A stretch of 64,000 nt of DNA, taken from positions 8,238 through 72,237 of the forward strand of contig JBMNTT010000004.1 in NCBI GenBank assembly GCA_050945875.1, given 5' to 3'. Below are positions 8,157-16,162 of this stretch, in pieces. This DNA comes from Christensenellales bacterium (lineage in GTDB: Bacteria; Bacillota; Clostridia; Christensenellales; JBMNTT01). The translations under genes and the position numbers were made by a program. Every line of letters starts with the position of its first letter. The first letter of the stretch is position 1. A model generated the notes under the pieces. It was not told the origin of the DNA, ran no database searches, and saw only the letters and a list, made by a program, of their open reading frames with translations.

Positions 8157-8224
8157 CGTCAAAACAGTCCCCTGATGTCCAGCGAGTTTTGAGAACACAG
8201 TTTCTCAGAACGGAGGACAGAACG
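8152..8224 (+). promoter_or_regulatory. Conserved leader, copy B (upstream of the sigma-like HTH gene)
   Basis: Paralogous to 4943-5013. The hairpin 8187-8195 / 8202-8210 carries a compensatory G:C to A:T change relative to copy A. Confidence 0.6.
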
Positions 8225-8620
8225 ATGACAACTGACGAGAAAAGCCGGATAAGCGAATTGAGAAAGCAAGGATGCACCTATGCGAAAATCGCTGAGATGC
8301 TTTCAATTCCGGAAAGCACAATAAAGACAGTCTGCCGCAGAACGCGGCTTGCAGGTGACGCTGATGAAGTCAAACCGAAATGCAAGCAGTGCGGTCAGCC
8401 GATAACCGTCAAGGCAAAATGCAAACCGCGCCGATTTTGTTCGGACAAGTGTCGCACAGCGTGGTGGTTCGCAAATCACAGCGCCAAGCCAAAGACGGAG
8501 TATCATCTAACCTGCGCCTGTTGCAGAAAGGCATTTGTGAGCATCGGGAACAAGGCTCGGAAGTATTGCTCTCATGAGTGCTACATCGCCGCTCGTTTCG
8601 GTGGCAGCGGCAACAAGTGA
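8225..8620 (+). CDS. Sigma-70 region-4-like HTH protein with two FCSxxC zinc-ribbon motifs (mobile-element regulator)
   Basis: Track ORF 8189..8620 trimmed to the ATG at 8225 (GGAGGA RBS). Contains the HTH ELRKQGCTYAKIAEMLSIPESTIKT and the motifs CKQCG...FCSDKCR and CACC...YCSHECY. Confidence 0.72.
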   Translation: MTTDEKSRISELRKQGCTYAKIAEMLSIPESTIKTVCRRTRLAGDADEVKPKCKQCGQPITVKAKCKPRRFCSDKCRTAWWFANHSAKPKTEYHLTCACCRKAFVSIGNKARKYCSHECYIAARFGGSGNK

Positions 8621-8732
8621 GACAATGAAATATGGAGGCGGAGCGATGAAGCTCCGCTTCTTTTGCTTTTGCGTCCAATCACCAATTGTGTATACAAAAC
8701 CATCTTTGTAAATGTAAACTTTTTGCTTGCCA

Positions 8733-8786
8733 TTGACTTTTACTCACTTCTGAGTATAATAAGATTTGCGACAAAATCGCAAATCT
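8733..8786 (+). promoter_or_regulatory. Promoter plus candidate Zur/Fur-type operator
   Basis: TTGACT at 8733-8738, 16-bp spacer, TATAAT at 8755-8760. A perfect inverted repeat AGATTTGCGA-N5-TCGCAAATCT follows at 8762-8786. Confidence 0.55.
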
Positions 8787-8801
8787 GTCGGAGGTGGTCT
8801 T

Positions 8802-9194
8802 GTGAGAGAGTATCAGACCGCTCAGCGACAATTGTTGCTTGCGTTCTTTCAGCAGCATCGGACACGCAAGCTCACGATTGACGACCTCACGCGCGAGCTG
8901 GCCGCCGAAGCGGTCATCAGCCGCAGCGCCATCTATCGCAACCTGGATAAAATGACGCGGGACGGCTTGTTGACAAGGACGTTGGAACCAACGGGTCGAA
9001 AGGCGCTGTACCAGCTTTCGGTATGCGAACAATGCTGCGAACGGGTACATCTGCGCTGTGAGAAGTGCGGAAAAGTCATGCACATGGAAAACCCGGCAGA
9101 CGAATTGCGTCTGGCGACGCTGCTGGAGCAAAACGGCTTTGAACTGGATGAACACGCCACAGTGCTTGTAGGCGTCTGTAAGGACTGTAAATAA
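8802..9194 (+). CDS. zur: Fur family transcriptional repressor (likely Zur)
   Basis: GTG start after GGAGGTGG. It has a winged-helix N-terminus, a C-terminal CxxC...CxxC pair (CEQCC...CEKCG...CKDC), and sits next to a zinc ABC operon. Confidence 0.8.
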   Translation: MREYQTAQRQLLLAFFQQHRTRKLTIDDLTRELAAEAVISRSAIYRNLDKMTRDGLLTRTLEPTGRKALYQLSVCEQCCERVHLRCEKCGKVMHMENPADELRLATLLEQNGFELDEHATVLVGVCKDCK

Positions 9195-9211
9195 GGAAGG
9201 ACGAAATCGTT

Positions 9212-9514
9212 ATGACACACAGCAGAAAAGCAAGAATTGCCGCGCTTTTGATTTGCGTGGTCTTTTGCTGTGCCATGGCTTTCTCAGCCTTTTTTATCAT
9301 TGCAGAAGCAGACCACGACTGCGCCGGCGAGCATTGCCCGATCTGCGCGGAAATTGCAGCCTGTGTCGTGCTTCTTGAAACGGCTGCGGTGGCCGTGATT
9401 TTTTCTGCTTCCCGGCAATTTCATCATATGGTCGCCGCCTGCATCTGCGGTATCCGTTTTGCGGATTCCACTTCCACAACGCTTGTATCACTTAAAATAT
9501 TGCTTCTGAATTAA
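9212..9514 (+). CDS. Small membrane protein with HDCxGExCPIC metal-binding-like motif
   Basis: Track ORF of 100 aa with two to three TM helices and AEADHDCAGEHCPICAEIAAC. Confidence 0.55.
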   Translation: MTHSRKARIAALLICVVFCCAMAFSAFFIIAEADHDCAGEHCPICAEIAACVVLLETAAVAVIFSASRQFHHMVAACICGIRFADSTSTTLVSLKILLLN

Positions 9515-9615
9515 CTTGTGCTTTGAACAAGGGATAACCATGCCCATACGGACATGGATTCCTTGTATTTTTGCGCTCATTTTCAAAACACAACTTAGTT
9601 TGGAGGCTTTTTATT

Positions 9616-10599
9616 ATGAAGAAAACCCTTGCACTTTTCCTGTCTCTTATGCTGCTCATCAGTGTTCTTTCCGGCTGCGGGAGTCAAACAACGCCCACAA
9701 CAGATACCGACCAACTCAGTATCGTCTGCACCATCTTTCCTGAGTATGACTGGGTAAAAAACCTGCTCGGTGACGAGGCCAAGAACGCCGAGCTGACCCT
9801 GCTTCTTGACAGCGGCGTCGATCTGCACAGCTATCAACCCACCGCAGACGACATCATCAAAATCTCAACCTGCGATATGTTCATCTATGTTGGCGGCGAA
9901 TCGGACGCGTGGGTCGAGGATGCGCTGAAAGAGGCCACAAACAAAGATATGGTGGTTATAAATCTTCTGGAGGTTCTTGGCGATTCCGTTAAGGAAGAGG
10001 AAGTTGTCGAAGGCATGGAGGCTGAGGAGGAACCCGATGCCGAAGAGCAGGAGGAAGAGCCTGAATATGACGAACACGTCTGGCTGTCGCTGAAAAACGC
10101 AAAGTTGCTTTGTTCTTACATCGCACAGCAGCTTGCGCTAATCGACGAGGCCAATGCGCAAAGATATACCAACAATGCGGACGCCTATATCGCAAAGCTT
10201 GACGCCTTGGACGCCGAATATCAAACAGCGGTTGACAGTGCGAGAGTAAAGACCGTACTGTTTGGCGACCGCTTCCCCTTCCGCTATCTCGTGGATGATT
10301 ACGGCCTTGCGTATTACGCGGCCTTTATCGGCTGCTCGGCGGAGACAGAGGCCAGCTTTGAAACGGTGGCGTTTCTCGCCGAAAAGGTGGACGAACTGGA
10401 GCTTCACAGCGTGCTGACCATTGAGGGGGCAGGCCACAGGATCGCGGAAACCATTATCGGGAATACGGCGGAGAAAGACCAGGCAATCCTTACCATGGAC
10501 TCCATGCAGTCTACAACCTCTGCGGATGCGGCAAACGGCGCGACCTATCTATCCATTATGCAGAGCAATCTGGATGTGCTGAAAACCGCATTGAACTGA
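9616..10599 (+). CDS. znuA: Metal (zinc) ABC transporter substrate-binding lipoprotein, ZnuA/TroA family
   Basis: Track ORF trimmed to MKKTLALFLSLMLLISVLSGCGS (lipobox). It has an acidic loop EEEVVEGMEAEEEPDAEEQEEEPEYDEHVW and DLHSYQP / DEHVWLS motifs. Confidence 0.88.
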   Translation: MKKTLALFLSLMLLISVLSGCGSQTTPTTDTDQLSIVCTIFPEYDWVKNLLGDEAKNAELTLLLDSGVDLHSYQPTADDIIKISTCDMFIYVGGESDAWVEDALKEATNKDMVVINLLEVLGDSVKEEEVVEGMEAEEEPDAEEQEEEPEYDEHVWLSLKNAKLLCSYIAQQLALIDEANAQRYTNNADAYIAKLDALDAEYQTAVDSARVKTVLFGDRFPFRYLVDDYGLAYYAAFIGCSAETEASFETVAFLAEKVDELELHSVLTIEGAGHRIAETIIGNTAEKDQAILTMDSMQSTTSADAANGATYLSIMQSNLDVLKTALN

Positions 10600-10613
10600 C
10601 GGAGGATTAAGAG

Positions 10614-11330
10614 ATGGCCTTACTCACTTGTCAGAATCTGACGCTTGGATATGATGGCACAAGGGTCGTGGAGAACCTCAGCTTCACGGTGGAATCCGGA
10701 GACTATCTGTGTATCGTAGGTGAAAACGGTTCCGGGAAAAGCACGCTCATGAAAACAATACTTCGCCTGCAAACGCCAATCAACGGGCAGATTCTGACGG
10801 GTGACGGCCTTAAGCAGACGGAGATCGGCTATCTGCCTCAGCAGACAGTGGTGCAGAGGGATTTCCCGGCGTCCGTGCGGGAGATCGTACTGTCGGGCTG
10901 CCTGAACCGCTGCGGCATGAGGCCGTACTTCACCCGAGAGGAAAAGAAGCTGGCGGAGGGCAACATGGAAAAGATGGGAATTCTGCCGCTTCAAAAACGC
11001 TGTTACCGCGAGCTGTCTGGCGGGCAGCAGCAAAGAGTACTGCTGGCGCGGGCACTTTGCGCCACAAGGAAGCTGCTGCTTTTAGATGAGCCTGTTGCCG
11101 GACTTGACCCCAAAGTGACAGCGGAGATGTATGCCCTGATTTACCGACTCAACCGGGAGGAAGGTATCACCGTCATTATGATCTCTCATGATATTGCGGC
11201 GGCGACCCGATATGCAAGCCACATCCTTCACCTGAGCCATAAGCCTCTTTTCTGCGGAACGACCGCCGACTATCTGAAAAGCCGCATTGGAAAAGCATAT
11301 GGGTTGGAAGGAGGAAATGCCAATGCTTGA
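10614..11330 (+). CDS. znuC: Metal ABC transporter ATP-binding protein
   Basis: Walker A GENGSGKST, signature LSGGQQQRV, Walker B LLLLDEP. Confidence 0.9.
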   Translation: MALLTCQNLTLGYDGTRVVENLSFTVESGDYLCIVGENGSGKSTLMKTILRLQTPINGQILTGDGLKQTEIGYLPQQTVVQRDFPASVREIVLSGCLNRCGMRPYFTREEKKLAEGNMEKMGILPLQKRCYRELSGGQQQRVLLARALCATRKLLLLDEPVAGLDPKVTAEMYALIYRLNREEGITVIMISHDIAAATRYASHILHLSHKPLFCGTTADYLKSRIGKAYGLEGGNANA

Positions 11331-12168
11331 AAAACTGGCTCTGTATTTTGAATACCCCTTTGTTCGTTATGCGCTGATCGTTGGTGTTCTTATCGCCTTT
11401 TGCTCGTCGCTATTAGGAGTAACACTGGTACTCAAGCGGTTTTCCTTCATCGGAGACGGCTTGTCACATGTGGCGTTCGGCGCAATGGCCATCGCAACAG
11501 TATTGAATCTGGCAGATAATATGCTGCTGGTGCTGCCAATCACCGTCGTCTGCGCCGTGCTGTTGCTTAGAACCGGCCAGAACGCAAAAATCAAGGGTGA
11601 CGCCGCCGTGGCCATGATCTCCGTAGGGGCGCTTGCGCTTGGCTACCTGCTCATGAACCTGTTTTCCACCTCCGCCAATCTCACCGGAGATGTCTGCTCC
11701 ACTTTGTTCGGCTCGACCTCGATATTGACCCTGACGCCTACGGAGGTCTGGCTGTGCGTTGCCATGTCCGTTATCGTCATCGTCGTATTTCTGCTGTTCT
11801 ATCACAAGATATTTGCCGTGACCTTCGACGAGAGCTTTGCGCAGGCCACAGGAACAAGGGCAAATCTGTATAACCTCATCATCGCGGTGACGATCGCCTT
11901 TGTGATCGTGCTTGCCATGAATCTGGTGGGGTCACTCTTGATCTCAGCGCTGGTGATATTTCCGGCGCTGTCCGCCATGCGGTTATTTAAGAGCTTCCGC
12001 AGCGTTATCGTATGCTCCGCCGTTTTTTCGGTGGTCTGCGCAGCAATGGGAATTCTGGTTTCCATCCTTGCCGGAACGCCGGTGGGCTCAACCATCGTGG
12101 CAATCGACATAGCCGGATTTTTGTTGTTCTGGATTGCCGGAACCGTCGCGAAGGGAGCGTCAAAATGA
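11323..12168 (+). CDS. znuB: Metal ABC transporter permease
   Basis: Track ORF trimmed to the ATG at 11323 (AGGAGGA RBS). It is a polytopic ABC-3 family permease and overlaps znuC by 8 nt. Confidence 0.88.
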   Translation: MLEKLALYFEYPFVRYALIVGVLIAFCSSLLGVTLVLKRFSFIGDGLSHVAFGAMAIATVLNLADNMLLVLPITVVCAVLLLRTGQNAKIKGDAAVAMISVGALALGYLLMNLFSTSANLTGDVCSTLFGSTSILTLTPTEVWLCVAMSVIVIVVFLLFYHKIFAVTFDESFAQATGTRANLYNLIIAVTIAFVIVLAMNLVGSLLISALVIFPALSAMRLFKSFRSVIVCSAVFSVVCAAMGILVSILAGTPVGSTIVAIDIAGFLLFWIAGTVAKGASK

Positions 12169-12683
12169 AAAAGTCTATTCTTATACTGCTTTCGGTATCG
12201 TTTCTGTGCCTTGCCTTGGTTGGCTGTGGAAAACAGGAGCAGCAGTCCGCCGCGTCAAGCAATCAGCCGGTTGAGACTCCGACGGCGACTGAGACGCCAT
12301 CCCAGCCGCCCGCATCGGACAGTTCGGCGAACAGCGTCAGCGGAGACCCCGTTGACCTAACCGTGCTCAGCAGCACCATGATATATGCGGAGGTGTATAA
12401 CATGATGGTCTCGCCGCAGGATTATGTGGGCAGAACGGTGACGATGCGCGGTCAATTTGCCGTCTATGCCCAAACAGAATCCGGCCCGTTCTATTTTGCC
12501 TGTGTTATTGCCGATGCGACTGCCTGCTGTCAGCAAGGCTTGGAGTTCGTGCTGGCAGGCGACGCCGTTTATCCCGATGACTATCCTGAGATCGGCTCGG
12601 AAATTACCGTCACAGGCGAGTTCCAGACGTATGAGGAAGACGGCTATCAATACTGCCATCTGATTGAGGCGCGCATGGATTAA
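12165..12683 (+). CDS. Lipoprotein with Cys-Cys motif, putative accessory metal-binding protein of the Znu operon
   Basis: Track ORF trimmed to MKKSILILLSVSFLCLALVGCGK (lipobox); ATGA overlap with the znuB stop. It has a Pro/Ser/Thr linker and then a DATACCQQG motif. Confidence 0.68.
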   Translation: MKKSILILLSVSFLCLALVGCGKQEQQSAASSNQPVETPTATETPSQPPASDSSANSVSGDPVDLTVLSSTMIYAEVYNMMVSPQDYVGRTVTMRGQFAVYAQTESGPFYFACVIADATACCQQGLEFVLAGDAVYPDDYPEIGSEITVTGEFQTYEEDGYQYCHLIEARMD

Positions 12684-12737
12684 TTGTTAGCGTGAGTGAT
12701 GATTTTATGGGGATTTTTATATATCGCAAGCGCGAGT

Positions 12738-12823
12738 ATGAAACTGTTTCCGTGTAAAATGAAACCACCACGAGAAATGAAACTATAGACTTCTGAAAAT
12801 GAAACCCTCGAAAAAAGTGAAAC
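12738..12823 (+). repeat. Five direct (A/G)TGAAAC repeats at 18-22 bp spacing (iteron-like array)
   Basis: Copies start at 12738, 12759, 12777, 12799 and 12817. Four share AAAATGAAAC or AAATGAAAC. The first forms GAAACTGTTTC. Confidence 0.6.
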
Positions 12824-12957
12824 TATTTTGGGTAATCGAAAGCGCAGGTATGGAGGGCTGCGCCTTGTCGATGAAAAACGGTGGTATCCAGTGGTCATGC
12901 GACGAAGCAAAGAGCCTATAAAAATGAGAGAAATACCGTGTTTACAGGCTTTTCTGG

Positions 12958-13010
12958 AATAAAATAAGAACGCTAATGTTGACACTCACCGTATCAATAT
13001 TAGCGTTCTT
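12958..13010 (-). terminator. Terminator hairpin downstream of tRNA-Ser
   Basis: 12-bp perfect stem AAGAACGCTAAT (12966-12977) / ATTAGCGTTCTT (12999-13010), followed on the minus strand by ATTTTATT. Confidence 0.55.
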
Positions 13011-13013
13011 ATA

Positions 13014-13106
13014 TGGCGGAGAAGGAGAGATTCGAACTCTCGCACCAGTTTCCCGGTCTACGCCCTTAGCAGGGGCGCCTCTTCAGCCATACTTGAGTAC
13101 TTCTCC
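13014..13106 (-). tRNA. tRNA-Ser (anticodon GCU), CCA encoded
   Basis: Manual cloverleaf: acceptor GGAGAAG/CTTCTCC; anticodon stem CGCCC/GGGCG with loop CTGCTAA; long variable arm; T-arm GAGAG-TTCGAAT-CTCTC; discriminator G plus CCA. Confidence 0.9.
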
Positions 13107-13145
13107 ATGCTGAAAACGGGTGTGTATGAATTTGTTACGGGAGTT

Positions 13146-13174
13146 AGTTTAGCACAGGCGTGCGGATTTGTAAA
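13146..13174 (-). promoter_or_regulatory. Promoter of tRNA-Ser
   Basis: On the minus strand: TTTACA (rc of 13169-13174), 17-bp spacer, TGcTAAACT extended -10 (rc of 13146-13151). Confidence 0.5.
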
Positions 13175-13373
13175 GGGCGAGTTTTGGGAAAACCTGCCGC
13201 CGTGCGGGTCGGCCCACCCGGATCAGCATGCCCGGACTGGGTAAAATCATACGCGCGGGGCAGCATGAAACAGACCGGGGGGACCGGTTTCCGGCTCGAA
13301 AGCTGTCCCCCCGATTGGGTGGGAGGTTGATCCGCCCAGACGCCGCCGCATCGGGGCGGGGGTTGACCGGCGG

Positions 13374-14207
13374 CTATTGATCGGGGCGCAGGACCTTCCG
13401 CTCAATGGGCAGCCACTCGTAGAGCGCTTTGCGCAGCGCTAAATCCCAAAAATCCCACTCATGCCGATATCCGGGGATCTCGGTATACACCGTTTCATAG
13501 CCCAGCCGCGCAAAGTAATCCCTGGACGCTTTGACATTGGTGACGGCCGGGATATCGTCGCCCCCGCAGGTAAAGTATAATTTCGGGCAGGCTTTCCCGC
13601 TTTTGATATTTTCCGCCGCCTGTTGATAGATATAGGATTCGGTCTGCAGCCGGTTGGGGTTCTGCTGCGCGCAGTCCGCGCTGGGCGGATCAAAATAGTT
13701 GCGCTCCAGGATCGGGGTTCGGTCGGTATCGTCCAGGGAGGTCCCCGACATGATCAGCGCGCCGGCAAATCGCTCGCCGTTCATCACCGCCATTTTCATC
13801 GCGCCATGGCTGCCCATGGAGAGTCCTCCGACGTAGTTGTCCTCGCGTTTGGGCGAGATGGGGAACATCGCCTGGCAGAGCGCGGGCAGTTCCTCGGAGA
13901 CATATTGCCAATACTTGCTGACAAAAAATCCCTCCACGCCATCCGTGTAGAACGAATTGTAGCCGCACGGCATCACCACCGCGATCTTGTTATCGTCGGC
14001 ATAGCGGACGATGTTGGTGAAGTTGACATAATCCGAGTCGTCGCCGAAGCCCCCGTGCAGCAGGTACATCACCTGGAATTTCACGCCGGGGGTCAAGCCG
14101 TCCCTCTTTGCGCTCAACTGATCCGAGAACGAGAAGGACGGAAGGCACATCGTGACATTTGTCTGTAGCTGCAAGCTCTGTGAGAGAAAATTGAACTTGA
14201 CGAGCAT
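13374..14207 (-). CDS. Esterase family alpha/beta hydrolase (esterase D / tributyrin esterase-like)
   Basis: Track ORF trimmed to MLVKFNF (AGGAG RBS). Contains the LHGGFGDDSD and GLSMGSHGA nucleophile-elbow motifs. Confidence 0.82.
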   Translation of the reverse strand: MLVKFNFLSQSLQLQTNVTMCLPSFSFSDQLSAKRDGLTPGVKFQVMYLLHGGFGDDSDYVNFTNIVRYADDNKIAVVMPCGYNSFYTDGVEGFFVSKYWQYVSEELPALCQAMFPISPKREDNYVGGLSMGSHGAMKMAVMNGERFAGALIMSGTSLDDTDRTPILERNYFDPPSADCAQQNPNRLQTESYIYQQAAENIKSGKACPKLYFTCGGDDIPAVTNVKASRDYFARLGYETVYTEIPGYRHEWDFWDLALRKALYEWLPIERKVLRPDQ

Positions 14208-14492
14208 CGAACACCGCTCCTCTTGTGGGGCCGTTCGGAGACGGAACCCTATCATTTTCGGCCTAATGAAAATATCAAAATTCAGATATATATGCTATAT
14301 ATCGTGTTTTCTGATCTTTGTCAAGGGTTGGCTTTGGCGGGCGACCGCGCGGGCTGACGCGGCGGGGCCTCGGGGGCCTGGAAAGCCCCAAACGCCGGGC
14401 TTTGCGGGCCGGGGGATTGTTCAAACTTTGTTCACAAAATGCGACCCTATTCTTGCTATAATGAAGGGCATGAGGATTAAGGAGGGAACGAG

Positions 14493-15440
14493 ATGATCGA
14501 GGTCAAGGGCGTAACCAAACGGTACGGGGAGAAGTACGCCGCCAAGGACGTCACCTTCTCCATTGACCGCGGCGAGGTCGTCGGCTTCCTGGGCCGCAAC
14601 GGCGCGGGCAAGAGCACGACCATGAACATCATCGCCGGGTATATTTCCTCCACCAGCGGCACCGTCGAGGTGGACGGATTCGATATCCTTCAGGACCCCG
14701 AGGAGGTCAAGCGCAGGATCGGTTACCTGCCCGAGCAGCCTCCGGTGTACATGGATATGACGGTGGATGAGTATCTTCGGTTTGTGTGCGACATCAAGAA
14801 GGTCAAAAAGAGCCAGCAGAAGGGCCATCTGGACGAAATCTGCGAGCTGGTGCGCATCACGGACGTGCGCAAGCGCCTGATCAAGAACCTGTCCAAGGGC
14901 TATCGCCAGCGCGTGGGCATGAGCCAGGCCCTGGTGGGCAACCCCGAGCTGCTGATCTTCGACGAGCCGACCGTCGGCCTGGACCCCCGGCAGATCATCG
15001 AGATTCGCAAGCTGATCAAGCAGCTGGGCAAACAGCACACCGTCGTGCTCTCCAGCCACATCCTCAGCGAGGTCTCGGACGTGTGCGAGCGGGTCATCAT
15101 CATCAATCAGGGGCAGATCGTCGCCCAGGACACCCTGGAGAACCTCTCCCAGGGCATCAGCGAAACCCGCCGCCTGTCGGTGCGCATCGCGGGCAGCCCG
15201 AGTAACGCGCAGAAGCTTATCCGCGCCATCGAGGGCGTGCAGTACGTCGAGTCCCTGGGCACCAAGGAGCCCGACACGGTGGATTTCCTCGTGGAGAGCG
15301 CCAAGAACCAGGACGTGCGCCGGGCGATCTTCAACACCATGAGCAAGGTCGGGTATCCCATCCTGGTGATGCGCCCGATGGATATGACGCTGGAGGATAT
15401 CTTCCTGCAGCTGACCACAGAGAGCGAGGGGGTTGTCTAA
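14493..15440 (+). CDS. ABC transporter ATP-binding protein (ABC-2 / GldA-like)
   Basis: Walker A GRNGAGKST, signature LSKGYRQRV, Walker B LLIFDEP. Confidence 0.92.
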   Translation: MIEVKGVTKRYGEKYAAKDVTFSIDRGEVVGFLGRNGAGKSTTMNIIAGYISSTSGTVEVDGFDILQDPEEVKRRIGYLPEQPPVYMDMTVDEYLRFVCDIKKVKKSQQKGHLDEICELVRITDVRKRLIKNLSKGYRQRVGMSQALVGNPELLIFDEPTVGLDPRQIIEIRKLIKQLGKQHTVVLSSHILSEVSDVCERVIIINQGQIVAQDTLENLSQGISETRRLSVRIAGSPSNAQKLIRAIEGVQYVESLGTKEPDTVDFLVESAKNQDVRRAIFNTMSKVGYPILVMRPMDMTLEDIFLQLTTESEGVV

Positions 15441-15441
15441 C

Positions 15442-16158
15442 ATGCGCGCCGTTTTCAAGCGGGAGCTGCAGGCGTTTTTCTATTCGCCCATCGGCTATGT
15501 TTTCCTGTCGGCCTTCATGTTCGTCATGGGCCTGTACTTCATCAGCGACAATATGAACGTCGAGTCGCCCCACGCCAACTTCGTCTCGGTGCTCTCGAGC
15601 ATGACGATGATCTTCATCATCCTGGTGCCGATCCTGACGATGCGGCTGCTGAGCGAAGAGCGCAAGAACAAGTCCGACCAGCTGTGGATGACCGCGCCGG
15701 TGTCGATCACCTCCGTGGTGGTGGGCAAATTCCTGGCGGCGGTGGCGGTGCTGGCGATCACCCTGGTGTTCTCCACGGTCTTCCCGATCATCCTGTCGCT
15801 CTACGGCGATCCCTCGGGGGCGGAGATTCTCTCGGGCTATTTCGGCTTTTTCCTGCTCGGGTCGATGTTCATCTCCGTGGGCGTGTGGATGAGCGCGCTG
15901 ACCGAGAACCAGATTTCCTCGGCCATCGCCACCTTTGTGGTGCTGTTGATGATGATGCTGGTGGATATCGTGTCCACCTCGATCAGCAACACGTTGGTGG
16001 CGGGCATCGTGGGTTGGCTGAGCGCCTTCAGCCGATTCACGGATTTCAACATGGGCGTGCTGAGCCTGTCGACCTGTATCTACTATGTGTCCTTGACGAT
16101 ATTCTTCATCGTCATGGCGGTGCGAACCGTCGAGAAGAGAAGATGGAGCGAGGGGTGA
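15442..16158 (+). CDS. ABC-2 type transporter permease (GldF-like)
   Basis: A polytopic protein of about 238 aa. The ATG at 15442 is preferred over the TTG at 15433. Confidence 0.82.
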   Translation: MRAVFKRELQAFFYSPIGYVFLSAFMFVMGLYFISDNMNVESPHANFVSVLSSMTMIFIILVPILTMRLLSEERKNKSDQLWMTAPVSITSVVVGKFLAAVAVLAITLVFSTVFPIILSLYGDPSGAEILSGYFGFFLLGSMFISVGVWMSALTENQISSAIATFVVLLMMMLVDIVSTSISNTLVAGIVGWLSAFSRFTDFNMGVLSLSTCIYYVSLTIFFIVMAVRTVEKRRWSEG

Positions 16159-16162
16159 GAGC

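Larger units (their letters stand above)
1..13013. mobile_element. Lower-GC mosaic genomic island / integrated element fragment abutting tRNA-Ser; left end lies outside the window
   Basis: By eye, composition and codon usage shift near 13.0-13.1 kb: AT-richer to the left, very GC-rich to the right. The island faces the 3' end of tRNA-Ser. It contains two large serine recombinases, a sigma-like HTH gene, and accessory redox and zinc cargo. No att repeat was identified. Confidence 0.55.

Noticed and set aside
12680-12985. 101-aa minus-strand ORF between the Znu operon and tRNA-Ser
   Set aside because: It lies in AT-rich repeat DNA (the TGAAAC array), has no RBS, has an odd composition, and runs into the tRNA terminator hairpin.
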